Shown here piece by piece: positions 25,122 to 36,939 of a stretch of 57,120 bases of DNA. How positions within the stretch are numbered: position 1 is the first letter of the stretch; each line of letters opens with the position of its first letter. The stretch lies in NCBI RefSeq assembly GCF_004010195.1, contig NC_057719.1:25742663-25799782 (forward strand), given 5' to 3'. Both the position numbers and the translations under genes were made by a program. The notes beneath the pieces are model-generated. The model was not told the DNA's origin. It did not search any database and saw only the letters and a list, made by a program, of their open reading frames with translations. The DNA is from Chiloscyllium plagiosum. Taxonomy: Eukaryota.

Positions 25122-25789
25122 CTCATTGGTCTGTGGCAGGAAAACAGCCCATTAGTTTTCCAGCGTGGATTAGTAACTTGCCCTGCAGGTGGTTTGGAAG
25201 CGGGGAGGAGGGGGTCATTTCTTTAGTTTGTGGGATGTGGGCATCACTGTCAAGGCTGGCATTTGCTGCCATCTCTACTGCTCCCTATTGCTGGGGAGAA
25301 CAGCCAGTAGTAGCTTAGGTATTTTCTAATCAGCCTGTTCAGAGATGTTAATACACACTTCAGGAGCAGGTGGGACCTGAACGCAGGCCTTCTGTACTAC
25401 AAGAGCACTCTCTCAGAGTTAAGAGTGTGGTGCTGGAAAAGCACAGAGGTTAGGCAGCATCCGAGGAGCAGGAGAGTCATATCACAAATGGGCACTAGCT
25501 ACGAGTGGTTGAAAGCCATATGGATGGCTGATTTCACCAGGGAACAAAACCAGGTCGAAACAGTCAGAGGACTGAGCTGAAGACTTTTTTTAGAATAATG
25601 TATGCGAAGTGAACCACCAAACTGTGACAACATTGCCACAGAGCTGAGAGGATAGAGCAGACTTCCTGTAGGTGTGCTGCTTTGATGCCAAGTGTGACGT
25701 CCTCAGCCATCTATCTATCTTCTGTGGAATATGTAGCAAGATCTGCAATGCAAGATCCCGAATCAGCAGCTTTGACTGAAGGTCAAATA

Positions 25790-27250
25790 GAATCAAAACA
25801 TTATAGAGTTTTTACAGAATGGAAAGAGTCTATTTGCCCATCATGTCATCAAGTATCCATCTATTTTAATGGCATTTTCCAGCACGTGGCTTGTCGTCTT
25901 GTATGCTATGGCATTTTAAATGCTCATCTGAGTAGTCTTTAAATTTCTTGAGGGTCCTTGCCTCTACCACCCTTTAAAAAAGTGAGTTCCAGGTATCCAC
26001 AATCTCTGAAGCAATTTATTTTTTTCAAATTCCCTTTGAATCTCCTGCTCCTTCCCTTAAACCCATATGCACTGGCTATTGGCCCCTCTACTAAGAGTAA
26101 ATAAAGGTTTCTCCCTATCTGCCCTGTTTATGCTACTCAAAACTCTGCACACATCAGTCAGACAGTCAGATCTCCCATCAGTATTCTTGGCTTGAAGGAA
26201 AATGACCCCAATCCATCTAGTTTTAACCACTTATCTACCTGTCCTGCTGCCTTGAAGGGATCTATGGACATGCATTCCAAGATCCCTCAATCTTCTGCAT
26301 TTCCTACATCCTGTCATTCAACTTGTACTTCCCTACCTTGTTCGTCCTCCAAAATGCAAGATTTCTGATGAAGGGCTCATGCCCAAAAACTTGATTCTCC
26401 TGCTCCTTGGATGCTGCCTGACTTGCTGTGCTTTTCCAATTCCACACTCTCGACTCTGAGCTCCAGCATCTGCAGTCCTCATTTTCGCTTCCCAAAATGC
26501 ATCACTCATACTCATCAGAATTAAATTCCATTTGACATTCTACAGGCCATCTGCTCAACCCATCTACATCATTCTGCAGTCTAAGGCTTACCTCCTCACT
26601 ATTTACCACATCACCAATTTTTGTGTCATCTGTAAATTTATTGATCATACCTCCTACATTCATGTCTTGATCATTAATGTACACAAGAAACTGCAAGGGA
26701 TCTAGCACCAAACCCTGTCGTACACCACAAGACACAAGCCATCCAGATAGAAAAACATCCTTCAACATTCCCTCTAATAAGGAAATTTTGGATCCAATTT
26801 GCCAAATTGCCCTGGATCTCAAGGGCTGTTAGATTCTGAAACAGTCTGCTATGCAAACCTTGTCAAAACTCTTAATGACAGCTAAATAGACCATAATCAA
26901 CTGGCAGAAAGAAAAAGAGATCATCTGCAGTCCCCTCGTTCTCCTCTGTATAGAATATCTCAGGTACATGGCCCTCATCTACACACCTAGTGATCTACTC
27001 AAGGAATTCATCAAATTTGTTTGACATGATCTCCCTCTCAAAAAGCCATGTTGACTATCCTTGATTAATCCTCTTAGAATGTTTCCCTACCACAGATATC
27101 AGACTCATTACCCTAATTTCCTGGTTAATCTCTGCCACCCTTCTTGAAATGGCACCACATTGGTTGTCCTTCAGTTCTCTGGCAACCCTCGTGCGGTCAG
27201 AGAGGATTGAAAAGCTAATATCAGAGCCCCTGCAATTTCTGTTCCAGACG
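25790..27250 (-). mobile_element. Old CR1 RT and 3' fragment
   Basis: GVRQGLVLDP, YIND, FTDDTKIG and QMEFN motifs. Confidence 0.75.
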
Positions 27251-27759
27251 GTCAATTGGTACAATTGACAGGCTCCTCCAAAAGGTTCATGAGATGTAGA
27301 TAACGACTAGAGGGCACAGATTGAAAGTTATTGATTCAAGGATTGAAGTGGAGATATGAACAGGTTTTTTTTTATTCAGAGAGTGGTATTGGTCACTTAT
27401 TGTCATCTGCGTCATTAATACCTTTGGTGGATATCTATCAATCTAAAAGTCTCCCTCTGCTCTGCAACTCTGTTTAGCACAATTTAATTTGCAGAAATAT
27501 TCTTCAGTGCAGTTTCCATTTCAGAGCACCAGCCTGCCTTTAGAAAGGAGAGGCTGAATGTACTACGTAGTTTGTGAGCAATGCTTTTGCACTTCCCTCC
27601 AGAGCACAAAGGCAACTGACAATGTTAAGAAGTAGGAAGGAGCTTGAAATTGACAGAAAAATTAAACATTGTAGGAATAACTTTGCATAGTCCCACAACA
27701 ATGGCCGTCTTTCCCTCCGCCAACCCCCAAACTTCCCCTTATTTTCTATGGGTGGAGTC

Positions 27760-28260
27760 AAGAGTAGCTTTATTTGTCATTTCCACCAAATACAACACAT
27801 ACAGTAAAAACGAGACACCGTTCCTCCAGGACCAAGGTGCTACACGGACAGCACAAACTACACGATCATGCACAGGGCAGCATAAAGTGCATAAGAAGTG
27901 CAAATTGCACATGACAGCACAGTAATTCCTGACATGTCAAGACAATAGGCACAGTGGTGTACAAATTACAGTGTAATAAATGAATAAATTAATAAAGCAT
28001 TGTTCTAGCAGCAATTCGGAGCCATGCAAAGAGTTTCAGATGGAATAGAGTGTGACCATATAGTGTTAAGCAGCCTGATGGCCCAGGGAAAGAAACAATT
28101 GCACAGTCTGGCCGTGAGAGACCGAATGCTGATATCTTCTGCCAGATGGCAGGAGGGAGAAGGGTTTGAGTGAGGGGGGTGTCGGGTCTTCCACAATGTT
28201 CTTAGCCTTTCGGATGCAGTGTGTGGTGTAAATATCTGTAATGGCAGACAGACCAATGGC
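27760..28260 (-). mobile_element. Rex1/Babar-type LINE 3' fragment
   Basis: Frameshifted DIYTTHCIRKAKNIVEDP...FSLLPSGRRY...SIRSLTARLCNCFFPWAIRLLN. Confidence 0.72.
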
Positions 28261-28327
28261 AAGTTAGTCAACGAGATGTCTAACAAGCATTAATCCTCTT
28301 GCACTAGTTAACTCAATACTTATTAGT

Positions 28328-28472
28328 GTGAATTGGCCATGCTAAATTGCCTGTAGTGTTAGGTGAAGGGGTAAATGTAGGAGAACGGGTCTGGGTGGGT
28401 TACGCTTCGGCGGGTCGGTGTGGACTTGTTGGGCCGAAGGGCCTGTTTCCACACTAAGTAATCTAATCTAAT
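28328..28472 (+). mobile_element. 5'-truncated V-SINE
   Basis: 3' half of the SINE, flanked by the duplicated sequence tcaatacttattagt. Confidence 0.78.
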
Positions 28473-29229
28473 CAATACTTATTAGTAAGAATCTCACTAC
28501 ACTGCCTGTGAAAAGCATGAATAATGACATGAGATGATCTTGACATTTAGATGGGCATCATCCGAATTCTTGTCTGATTTAAAAGACATCTGGAAGGGTT
28601 CAGTGAGGGAAATGCTGGCAAATGGACTAGATTAGGTTATGACATCTGGTCGGCATGGACAAGTTGGACTGAAGGGTTTGTTTCCATGCTGTACATCTCT
28701 ATGACTCTAAATAAGAACACGCAAACGATACAAAAAAGCTGATAAATCTCAATCAATGCTGCAATGAATATATTTTTAAGTTGTCTACACAAGTGATATA
28801 AATACTTATGTGTCTCTGGATGTTCACTGTACAATCACTGTTTCCATGGTATCATTTCAGGTGAATTAATTGAGGGGGGTATAAAACCTTAAGATTGGAT
28901 GAGTTGGTGGCAGATGTGAAGATAAAAATCTATGACCCACGTTAATCTAATGTCTATACTGTTGTCAGGAGGCAGGCGAGTGAGGTGTTGCTCCTACAGT
29001 TCACATTGAGCCTCACTTATTTCCTGTTGCAGCATGAGGCCGAAATGTTGGCAGGGCAGCACAATGGTGTTCATTGGCAGGCAATTTGAAGCTTGGGTTC
29101 TGAGCTTTCTGTCCAGACTTCTGAGGTGGGAGCCTTCATAACGAATGAAGGCCATCCAGCAAACCAAACAGGCAACAGTGGAATGAATCATTGCAGAAAC
29201 CACACCTCCATGGATAGCCATGACTGGAG

Positions 29230-30115
29230 GTGTTGGTCTGGGGTGGACAAAGTCAGAAGTCACATGACACCAGGTTATAGCCCAACAGTTTGAAATCGCA
29301 AGCTTTTGGAGTGCTGCTCCTTCATCGGTTGAAATGGAGGGAAACGCATAGATTTTACAGGCGGTGGGATCATTGCAAGTATACCAAGTATTTAAGAGTG
29401 TTAAAAGATATTACAGATGGTGTGAGTGCGGTGTAGACAGACTGAATAATAAGTCTTTGGTCAAAAGTCTCAGATGGTTTGAGTAAAGTGTCAACTGCTG
29501 AATAGCAAGTGAAGGGATGACCTATGATCCAATTAGTTAAAACAGAGAGATAATTACAAATAATCAAAAATAAGATAGTGCTGGGAACAAACCAAATGGC
29601 TGGAATAACTTGGTAGGTACAAGAGTCGCACAATGTGGGTCTAACCAAAGTAACAAGTAATCCAAAACTGTAAAAATTAATTAAGATAGAGAGATCATAA
29701 CAAGTTATCAAGATGATTGTGTCAAAACAGAACAGTAAGGAAGATTTTACAGATACAGAAGAATATGGTGGGGTTACATGTAGTGCGACATGAATCCAAG
29801 ATTGCGGTTCAGGCCATCTTCATGAGTTTTCACTTGGCCATGAGTTTCTGCTCGGCGATTCTGCATTGTTGTGTTTCTCAAAGGGCACTTTGCAGGATAT
29901 TTACTGGAAGATTGGAGGCAGAATGCTCTTGACTGCTGAAGTGTTCCCCAACTGGGAGGGAACATTTCTGTCTGGCGATCTCTCTGCCTATAAATCCTGT
30001 GCCTGTGTGCTTCCCTCCACTTCACCTGATGAAGAAGCAGTGCTCCAAAAGTTTGTGGTTTCAAATATACCTGTTGGATTATAGCCTGATGTTGTGCGAC
30101 TTCTGATTTTGTCCC
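29230..30115. mobile_element. Penelope-like element 3' fragment, family C, with a short inverted arm
   Basis: Minus-strand endonuclease C-terminus (KTHEDGLNRNLGFMSHY). The terminal sequence is inverted at about 29980-30115 and is the same family as 10773-10942. Confidence 0.75.
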
Positions 30116-30429
30116 CTTTACAGCAGTAGCTGCAGTATTCCTTGCTTAATGGTTTCAAAGCTACCTTGAGAGTGAAATCAGGGAAATGTTTACGTGAGAG
30201 TAGGGTGTTATGTAGGTGAGGGTTAGGATGCCAGGTGGCTGGGGATGGGGAGGGGTAAGATACCAAGTGGATTGGAGTTTCATTTGGCAGATAATTGAGT
30301 GACTGGCCACAGTGGGTCATGTGTTTAATGTTGTGCATTTGTGTACCCAGGACAGGTGGAGGTGGTGAGATTTTGGCGTTGTCTGTAGGGATATTAGTCA
30401 AGTGTCTGTATATAGGAGGTGTGAAGGTT

Positions 30430-31010
30430 GAAGGTCATGTTGTGGCTGTACAGGACCACTGTTGGAATATTGTGTCCAGTTTTGGTCTCCTTCCTTTCGG
30501 AAAGGTGTTGTGAATCTTGAAAGGGTTCAGAAAAGATTTACAAGGATGTTGCCAGGGTTGGAGAATTTTAGCTTTAGGGAGAGGCTGGGGCTGTTTTCCC
30601 TGGAGTGTTGGAGGCTGAGGGGTGACCTTATAGAGGTTTACAAAATTGTGAGAGGCATGGATGGGGTAAATAGGCAAAGTCTTTTCCCTGGGGTTGGGGA
30701 GTCCAGAACTAGAGGGCATAGGTTTGGGGTGAGAGGGGAAAGTTATCAAAGAGACCCATGGGGAAACTTTTTCACGCAGAGAGTGGTACGTGTATGGAAT
30801 GAGCTGCCAGAGGAAGTGATGGAGGCTAGTACAATTGCAACATTTAAAAGGTATTTGGATGGGTATATGAATAGGAAGGGTTTGGAGGGATATGGGCCGG
30901 GTGCTGGCAGGTGGGACTAGATTGAGTTGGGATATTTGGTCGGCATGGATGAGTTGGACTGAAGGGTCTGTTTCCGTGCTGTACGTCTCTATGACTCTGT
31001 GACTCTATGA
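30430..31010 (+). mobile_element. CR1 3' fragment
   Basis: EYCVQFWSP...LERVQKRFTRML...WNELPEEV with (gactct)n tail. Confidence 0.88.
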
Positions 31011-31177
31011 GTGTGTAAGCAGAAGGAGTCAGGTAGTCATTGTCTATGTCGAGGAAGTGTTAGATGATTCTTGGTAATGGAGAGGATTAAGTGTACAGTG
31101 AATGGGCAAGTGTCTGGGAGAGGGGGTTTGGCTATTTGTAGTGGAGAGCAATGGGGATTTGGGTAAACAAATGGTGC

Positions 31178-31677
31178 NNNNNNNNNNNNNNNNNNNNNNN
31201 NNNNNNNNNNNNNNNNNNNNNNNNNNNNNNNNNNNNNNNNNNNNNNNNNNNNNNNNNNNNNNNNNNNNNNNNNNNNNNNNNNNNNNNNNNNNNNNNNNNN
31301 NNNNNNNNNNNNNNNNNNNNNNNNNNNNNNNNNNNNNNNNNNNNNNNNNNNNNNNNNNNNNNNNNNNNNNNNNNNNNNNNNNNNNNNNNNNNNNNNNNNN
31401 NNNNNNNNNNNNNNNNNNNNNNNNNNNNNNNNNNNNNNNNNNNNNNNNNNNNNNNNNNNNNNNNNNNNNNNNNNNNNNNNNNNNNNNNNNNNNNNNNNNN
31501 NNNNNNNNNNNNNNNNNNNNNNNNNNNNNNNNNNNNNNNNNNNNNNNNNNNNNNNNNNNNNNNNNNNNNNNNNNNNNNNNNNNNNNNNNNNNNNNNNNNN
31601 NNNNNNNNNNNNNNNNNNNNNNNNNNNNNNNNNNNNNNNNNNNNNNNNNNNNNNNNNNNNNNNNNNNNNNNNNNNNN
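31178..31677. other. Assembly gap (500 N)
   Basis: Run of N. Smaller gaps lie at 17085-17135 and 51629-51649. Confidence 1.
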
Positions 31678-32685
31678 AACCCCCACAACCCTATCCAACA
31701 CCGCTCCCTGTCCACCACCCTGTGTGCCCCCCATCCATCCCCGCCCCTTCTTCGGGGCAGCCGGACTGGACATCAACAACAAGACTGCTGTTGCCTTTGG
31801 GGATGTGAGTCTCCAAATAGCGCGCACACACACATACACAAACACAAAACATTTTACTGCAACTTTTTGACATGTTCCACGTTTGCCCTGTACAAGACAA
31901 TGTTGATCAGATTATTTGGGGAAGTGGGTGCGGTTTAGGGCACACCCCTCTGTAGAACTCCAGGGGAAGTGTGTGGGTAGAGAGAGAGAGGGCGGAAGGT
32001 CAGTCATTTGGAGATGGTGCCTGTTTAGTCACTGTAAACAAAAGACACGGTCAGTGCTGGAAACACATCTTTGATGTAATATTTCTATTGGGACCTTGAG
32101 ATCTCCTTCAGATAATCTGATATTTGGATAATTGATATTCAGATAATCGAGGTTCTTTTGTATATGAGCCGAGGGGGAGCTGTCTGGAAGACCTCCACAA
32201 ACACCTCAGTTAAAGACGATGAACACCAGCCTTGCACAGCAAACAACCGAGACAGTCTGGAGCCGACAAAAATACAAAACTATTCAACTTTTAATTGGTT
32301 TGCTCAGACACAGACATACCGAACATTTCACACCATTGTACTACATGCAAACCTGAATGTGAAGGCCTTACATTATCAGTAAACTTTAACCTACATCCAT
32401 CCAAGAGCAATACTGGAAATTCAAAACTATTGGAAACCTATTCACTTTTATCGGAGAACCATTCACAGCTCAGCTAATAACCAGGAGGCTCAGTCAGCTC
32501 CGAGAGGACGAAAAACTCAGTAATCAAATCCAGATTTGATGGAAGATAAGGAGAACCAACAGTCACAGAGTCATTCATCAGAGATATACAGCATGGAAAC
32601 AGACCCTTCAGTCCAACTCATCCATGTCGAGCAGATATCAGAAATTAACCTAGTCCCATTTGCCAGCATTTGGCCCATATCACTC

Positions 32686-33120
32686 TAATTCTGGATTAGT
32701 GGTGCTGGAAGAGCACAGCAGTTCAGGCAGCATCCGAGGAGCAGTAAAATCGACGTTTTGCCCGAAACGTCGATTTTACTGTTCCTTGGATGCTGCCTGA
32801 ACTGCTGTACGTTTCCAGCACCACTCTAATCTAGACTCTGGTTTCCAGCATCTGCAGTCATTGTTTTTACCTAATTGATATTAACCCTACTGTGAATCGT
32901 CTTGCAAGGATGCCTGCCTTGAAGAAGTTTTCCTCCTCTCTCTACAAGAATCTCAGGGAGTCCCTCTCCCACTGCAACTCCCAGCTTTATTCCTGATGAA
33001 GGGCTTTTGCCCGAAATGTCAATTTTACTGCTCCTCGGATGCTGCCTGAACTGCTGTGCTCTTCCAGCACCACGAATCCAGAATCTGGTTTCCAGCATCT
33101 GCAGTCATTGTTTTTACCAC
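32686..33120. mobile_element. Composite family A insertion (inverted arm plus two tandem termini) inside a CR1 3' fragment (about 32560-33375, minus)
   Basis: Hammerhead core at 32993-33020 and a partial core at 32757-32771, flanked by the duplicated sequence atcactctaa. Confidence 0.78.
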
Positions 33121-34847
33121 ATCACTCTAAACCCTTCCTATTCATGTAACCATCCAGATGCCTTTTAAATGTTGTAATTGTACCAGCCTCCACCACTTCC
33201 TCTGGCAGCTCATTCCATACACATACCATACTCTGCCTGAAATGTTGTCTCTTACAACCCTTTTGAGTCTTTCCCCTCTCATCCTAAACCTATACCCTCT
33301 AGTTCTGGACTCCCCCACACCAGGGGGAAAAAAACCTTGTCTATTTACCCTAACTATGCCCCTCATGATTTTGGTATAACTGGAGAACCCTGATCTTTAA
33401 GGGAGATTGGATTCAGCGAGCAGGTCAGCCAGAGTGGAGAGAATCAGCCACAGCCAGACGCCGTCAGGAAAAGAAAGAGAAAAAAAAATCTTCTCATCCA
33501 CAAACCTCTGCATACTGATGAGAAGTGGTAGGAGAGCCAAGTTACCGACCGGGGCAGCGCCAGCAACATCCACCACTGTCCAGGCTGACAGATCCCACTT
33601 CAGGGCTGAGGATATGGTCATCGAGACCCTCTGTCCCAGCTCAGTTAGGTAGAGTAGGAAGGGTGGGCCTCAGGCCCAACAGTGCTGGACAACCCCAGGG
33701 AAGGGAAGCAGGATAGAACCCCGGGATTAATGTTCTTTCTCTCTCACTCTCCCCTTTCCTCTGTCACCCAGTAATTAACAGCTCTCTGTAATTTTAAACC
33801 CACAGTACCAAGTCAGGCCTGCAAGGGTTAACTGGGGTGCTAGCTGTCAGATAAGACTCACTTTGCTTGTTCCATAACTTTGGTACTTTTGAAATATTCA
33901 TTTTCTTTTTCGGTTATTGTACCTATTAAAACTTTGCGTGTTTTGATAAAATCAGAAGTTCCTTTGCCGCTGAAGCATCTGTCCCCTGTGTTTTCACCAT
34001 ACTACATCTCACTGCATAGGCCCAGCGTCAGAACCAAGGAGCTGGCATACAATAAGCCAACCAACTCTCCCTACACAGTTTGTACTCAAAGCTCTTCACG
34101 CACCCAACATATCTTGACTGGGTAATCATCATAACTTGGGTACGATTGGTTGATTTGCTGCATCTCAATCAGGTTGAACTATATCTTTCAAAATGGCTTT
34201 CATGATGTTGTTATCCCATTTACGGTACACATTTATTAAGATGCTTGATGCTTGTCCAATCATTAAGTATGTACATGTTGTATTTTATCGTTGCTATTCT
34301 TTCATCCCTTTTAAGTCTTAACTACTGAAATCATTGTAGAAGAACCAGAAGTGAGATATGGACAATTTTGTTTTTTTTACAGTGAATGGTTAGAATCTGG
34401 AATTAATTATTTGACTGACTAATGGAAGTTAATTCAATTTAACTTTTCAAGGATAGATGGTTAAAAACTTCCAGAGGGAATGAAATCACAAGGCTATGGG
34501 AAAATGACAATGGGACTAATTAGACAGCTCTTTCAAAGAGTTGGCATAGACTGGATGGGTCAAATGGCCTACTTAACAACATAAGAAGCAAGATTAGCAG
34601 AAGACGATATGGACCTGGAACTGATTTTGCCATTCCACAGAATCATGACTGAATAGTCAACAATCGAGATTCCATAGCTCTCTGTAGAACAGAATTCCAA
34701 AGCTTCACCACCCACTGGGTGAAGAAATTGCTCTGTATTGCAGTCCTCAATGACCTATCTCTTATGCTGAAGTTATGATCCACAATTCCAACTTCTCCAA
34801 CCAGGGAAAAGGCATCTCAACATTTACCCTGACAAGCTCTCTCAGAA

Positions 34848-34952
34848 ACTGAGAGATTCCTGATGAAGGGATTATGTCCGAAATATTGACTATCCTACTC
34901 CTCGGATGCTGCAAGACCTGCTGTGCTTTTCCAGCACCACACCTTTCAACTT
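34848..34952 (+). mobile_element. Single-arm family A insertion
   Basis: Decayed hammerhead ctgatgaagggattatgtccgaaa. TSD aagctctctcagaa at 34834 and 34953. Confidence 0.75.
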
Positions 34953-35324
34953 AAGCTCTCTCAGAATCTTATCTGTTTCCATCTTCTGAACATCAGACAG
35001 TGAGGACTATTCTACTCAACCTTGGAAGACAACTTTTCATCCCGGTAATCAATCTAGTAAGCTTCTGATCCACTTTCCATAAAGAAACTATACCCTTTCC
35101 TAGGTAAAGAGAGTAAAATTGAACACTCCAGTCTCAGTGTGGTCTGACCAAAGCCCTGGACAAACATTATAGAGCTTGTTTACTTTGTACTCCAGCTACC
35201 CTGCAATAAAAACCTGCAGGAGGTTTGCCCTCCTAATTATTTTCTGTATCTTTTTAAGGTGCTGTGTTTTGTATAGATGATGAACTATATGCTTCTAAAT
35301 ACTAAAATGTCTTGTTTTCTCATG

Positions 35325-35650
35325 GAGAGGCAATGGCCTAGTGGTATCATCATTGGGTTGTGAATTCAGAGACCCAGGTGATGTGCTGGGGACCTGGGTT
35401 TGAAACCTGTCACAGCAGATGATGGAATTTGATTTCAGTTTTTTTTTAAAACTGGAATTAAGAGCTGAGAGATGACCATGAATCAATAGATAACCCCTCT
35501 GGTTCACTAATGTCCTTTAGGGAAGGAAATAACATCCTCACCTGCTCTGGCCTCAATGTAACTTCAGACCCACAGCAACTTGGTTGACCTTTAACTGCCC
35601 TCAGGATTATTAGGGATTGGCAATAAATGATACCCTCCTCCAATGAATTT
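35325..35650 (+). mobile_element. Second tRNA-derived SINE family with a LINE-derived tail
   Basis: tggcctagtgg and gggtttgaaacc boxes. Its tail ttagggattggcaataaat resembles the LINE 3' end near 2470-2500 and the fragment near 40965-41020. Confidence 0.6.
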
Positions 35651-36442
35651 TTTAAAAAGTCTGTCACTGAGTTTATCTTACCTTCTGAGCTGCATTATGC
35701 TATGATTTTATCCTGTTTATGTTTATTTCTTACCAAGGACAAACTAACCATTGGATAGCAAGAGGATGCTGTGCTTCTAAATATCTGGCTTATGTATGAA
35801 TTTATGCTCACATTGAGTAATCCATCTCTCAGTGACGTTTGGACCTTTGACCTTTCTTGTTTTAAAGCACTCAACAATACTATGATGCCTTGGTTGAGAT
35901 CCAGACTATGATTGTAGAATCATCCACCAATCCTGTAACACTCGATCATAAAAAAATAGGCACAGGAATAAACCACTTGGCCCTGGGACCCACTGTTCTG
36001 TTCAGAGAGATAAAGGTGAATCTTGTACTGCTTCTGAGAACAGGAAAGCTTTATTGCCAGACACCCAAAATCTGGCTTCAGAGGGCAGGATGAAAGTTTG
36101 CATTGAAGTTCTTGGAACGTTAAAACCAGATTGTGATTTCCAATGGCTAGTGCTAGGAAGCTATTTTTGCATATATTTGCATGCACTAAAAGGCCAGCTC
36201 ACCAGAATGAAGTTCTCCTCCCAATTAAATTCCCTCTGACTAAGTATTTCACACCTTTTGATAAAGAAGACATGTAGCTGGCAAGGGGCTGTAGTTGCTG
36301 CTCTATGGAGTGAGGAGCCTTTCGAAAGTGCTTGTTTATGCCAGGCCATGATAAATGTTGGACAATGATAAATTAAGTTCCATAAGGAATGGAGGGTGAC
36401 TAAGGGCATGGACCAAGAAGACTGGCCAAGAGTGGAAAAGAA

Positions 36443-36634
36443 TATAAACAGGCAGGAGGCTGGAAGAACACAGCAAGCCAGGCAGCATCAGGAGGTGGAG
36501 AAGTCAACATTCAGGTGTAACCCTTCTTTAGGATCCGAAACGTTGACTTCTCCAACTCCTGATGCTGCCTGGCTTGCTGCGTTCTTCCAGCCTCCCGCCT
36601 GTCTATTTTGGATTCTAGTATCTTCTGTCTCTAA
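36443..36634. mobile_element. Palindromic family B PLE-terminus insertion
   Basis: Inverted arms meet in the hammerhead region. 17-bp TSD ccaagagtggaaaagaa at 36426 and 36635. Confidence 0.82.
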
Positions 36635-36707
36635 CCAAGAGTGGAAAAGAAGCATGATGACTGGGAAAGAGTGGAAGGGCCAAAACACTTGACAACTCTA
36701 GATGTTG

Positions 36708-36939
36708 GCAGAAGTAGGTACTGCAGATGCTGGAGATTAGAGTCAAGATCAGAGTGGTGCTGGAAAAGCACAGCAGGTCAGGCAGCATCCGAGGAGCAGG
36801 GAAATTGGCATTTCGGGCAAAAGCCCTTCATCAGGAATGCCCTGATTTCCTGATGAAGGGCTTTTGCCCGAAACATCGATTTTCTTGCTCCTCAGATGCT
36901 GCCTGACCTGCTGTGCTTTTCCAACATAATTCTAATCTT
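36708..36939. mobile_element. Palindromic family A PLE-terminus insertion with two hammerhead cores (36807-36834 minus, 36850-36877 plus)
   Basis: Inverted arms. TSD aactctagatgttg at 36694 and 36940. Confidence 0.82.

Noticed and set aside
31044..31938. Long ORFs of 224-278 aa in the ORF track
   Set aside because: Artefacts of the 500-N assembly gap.
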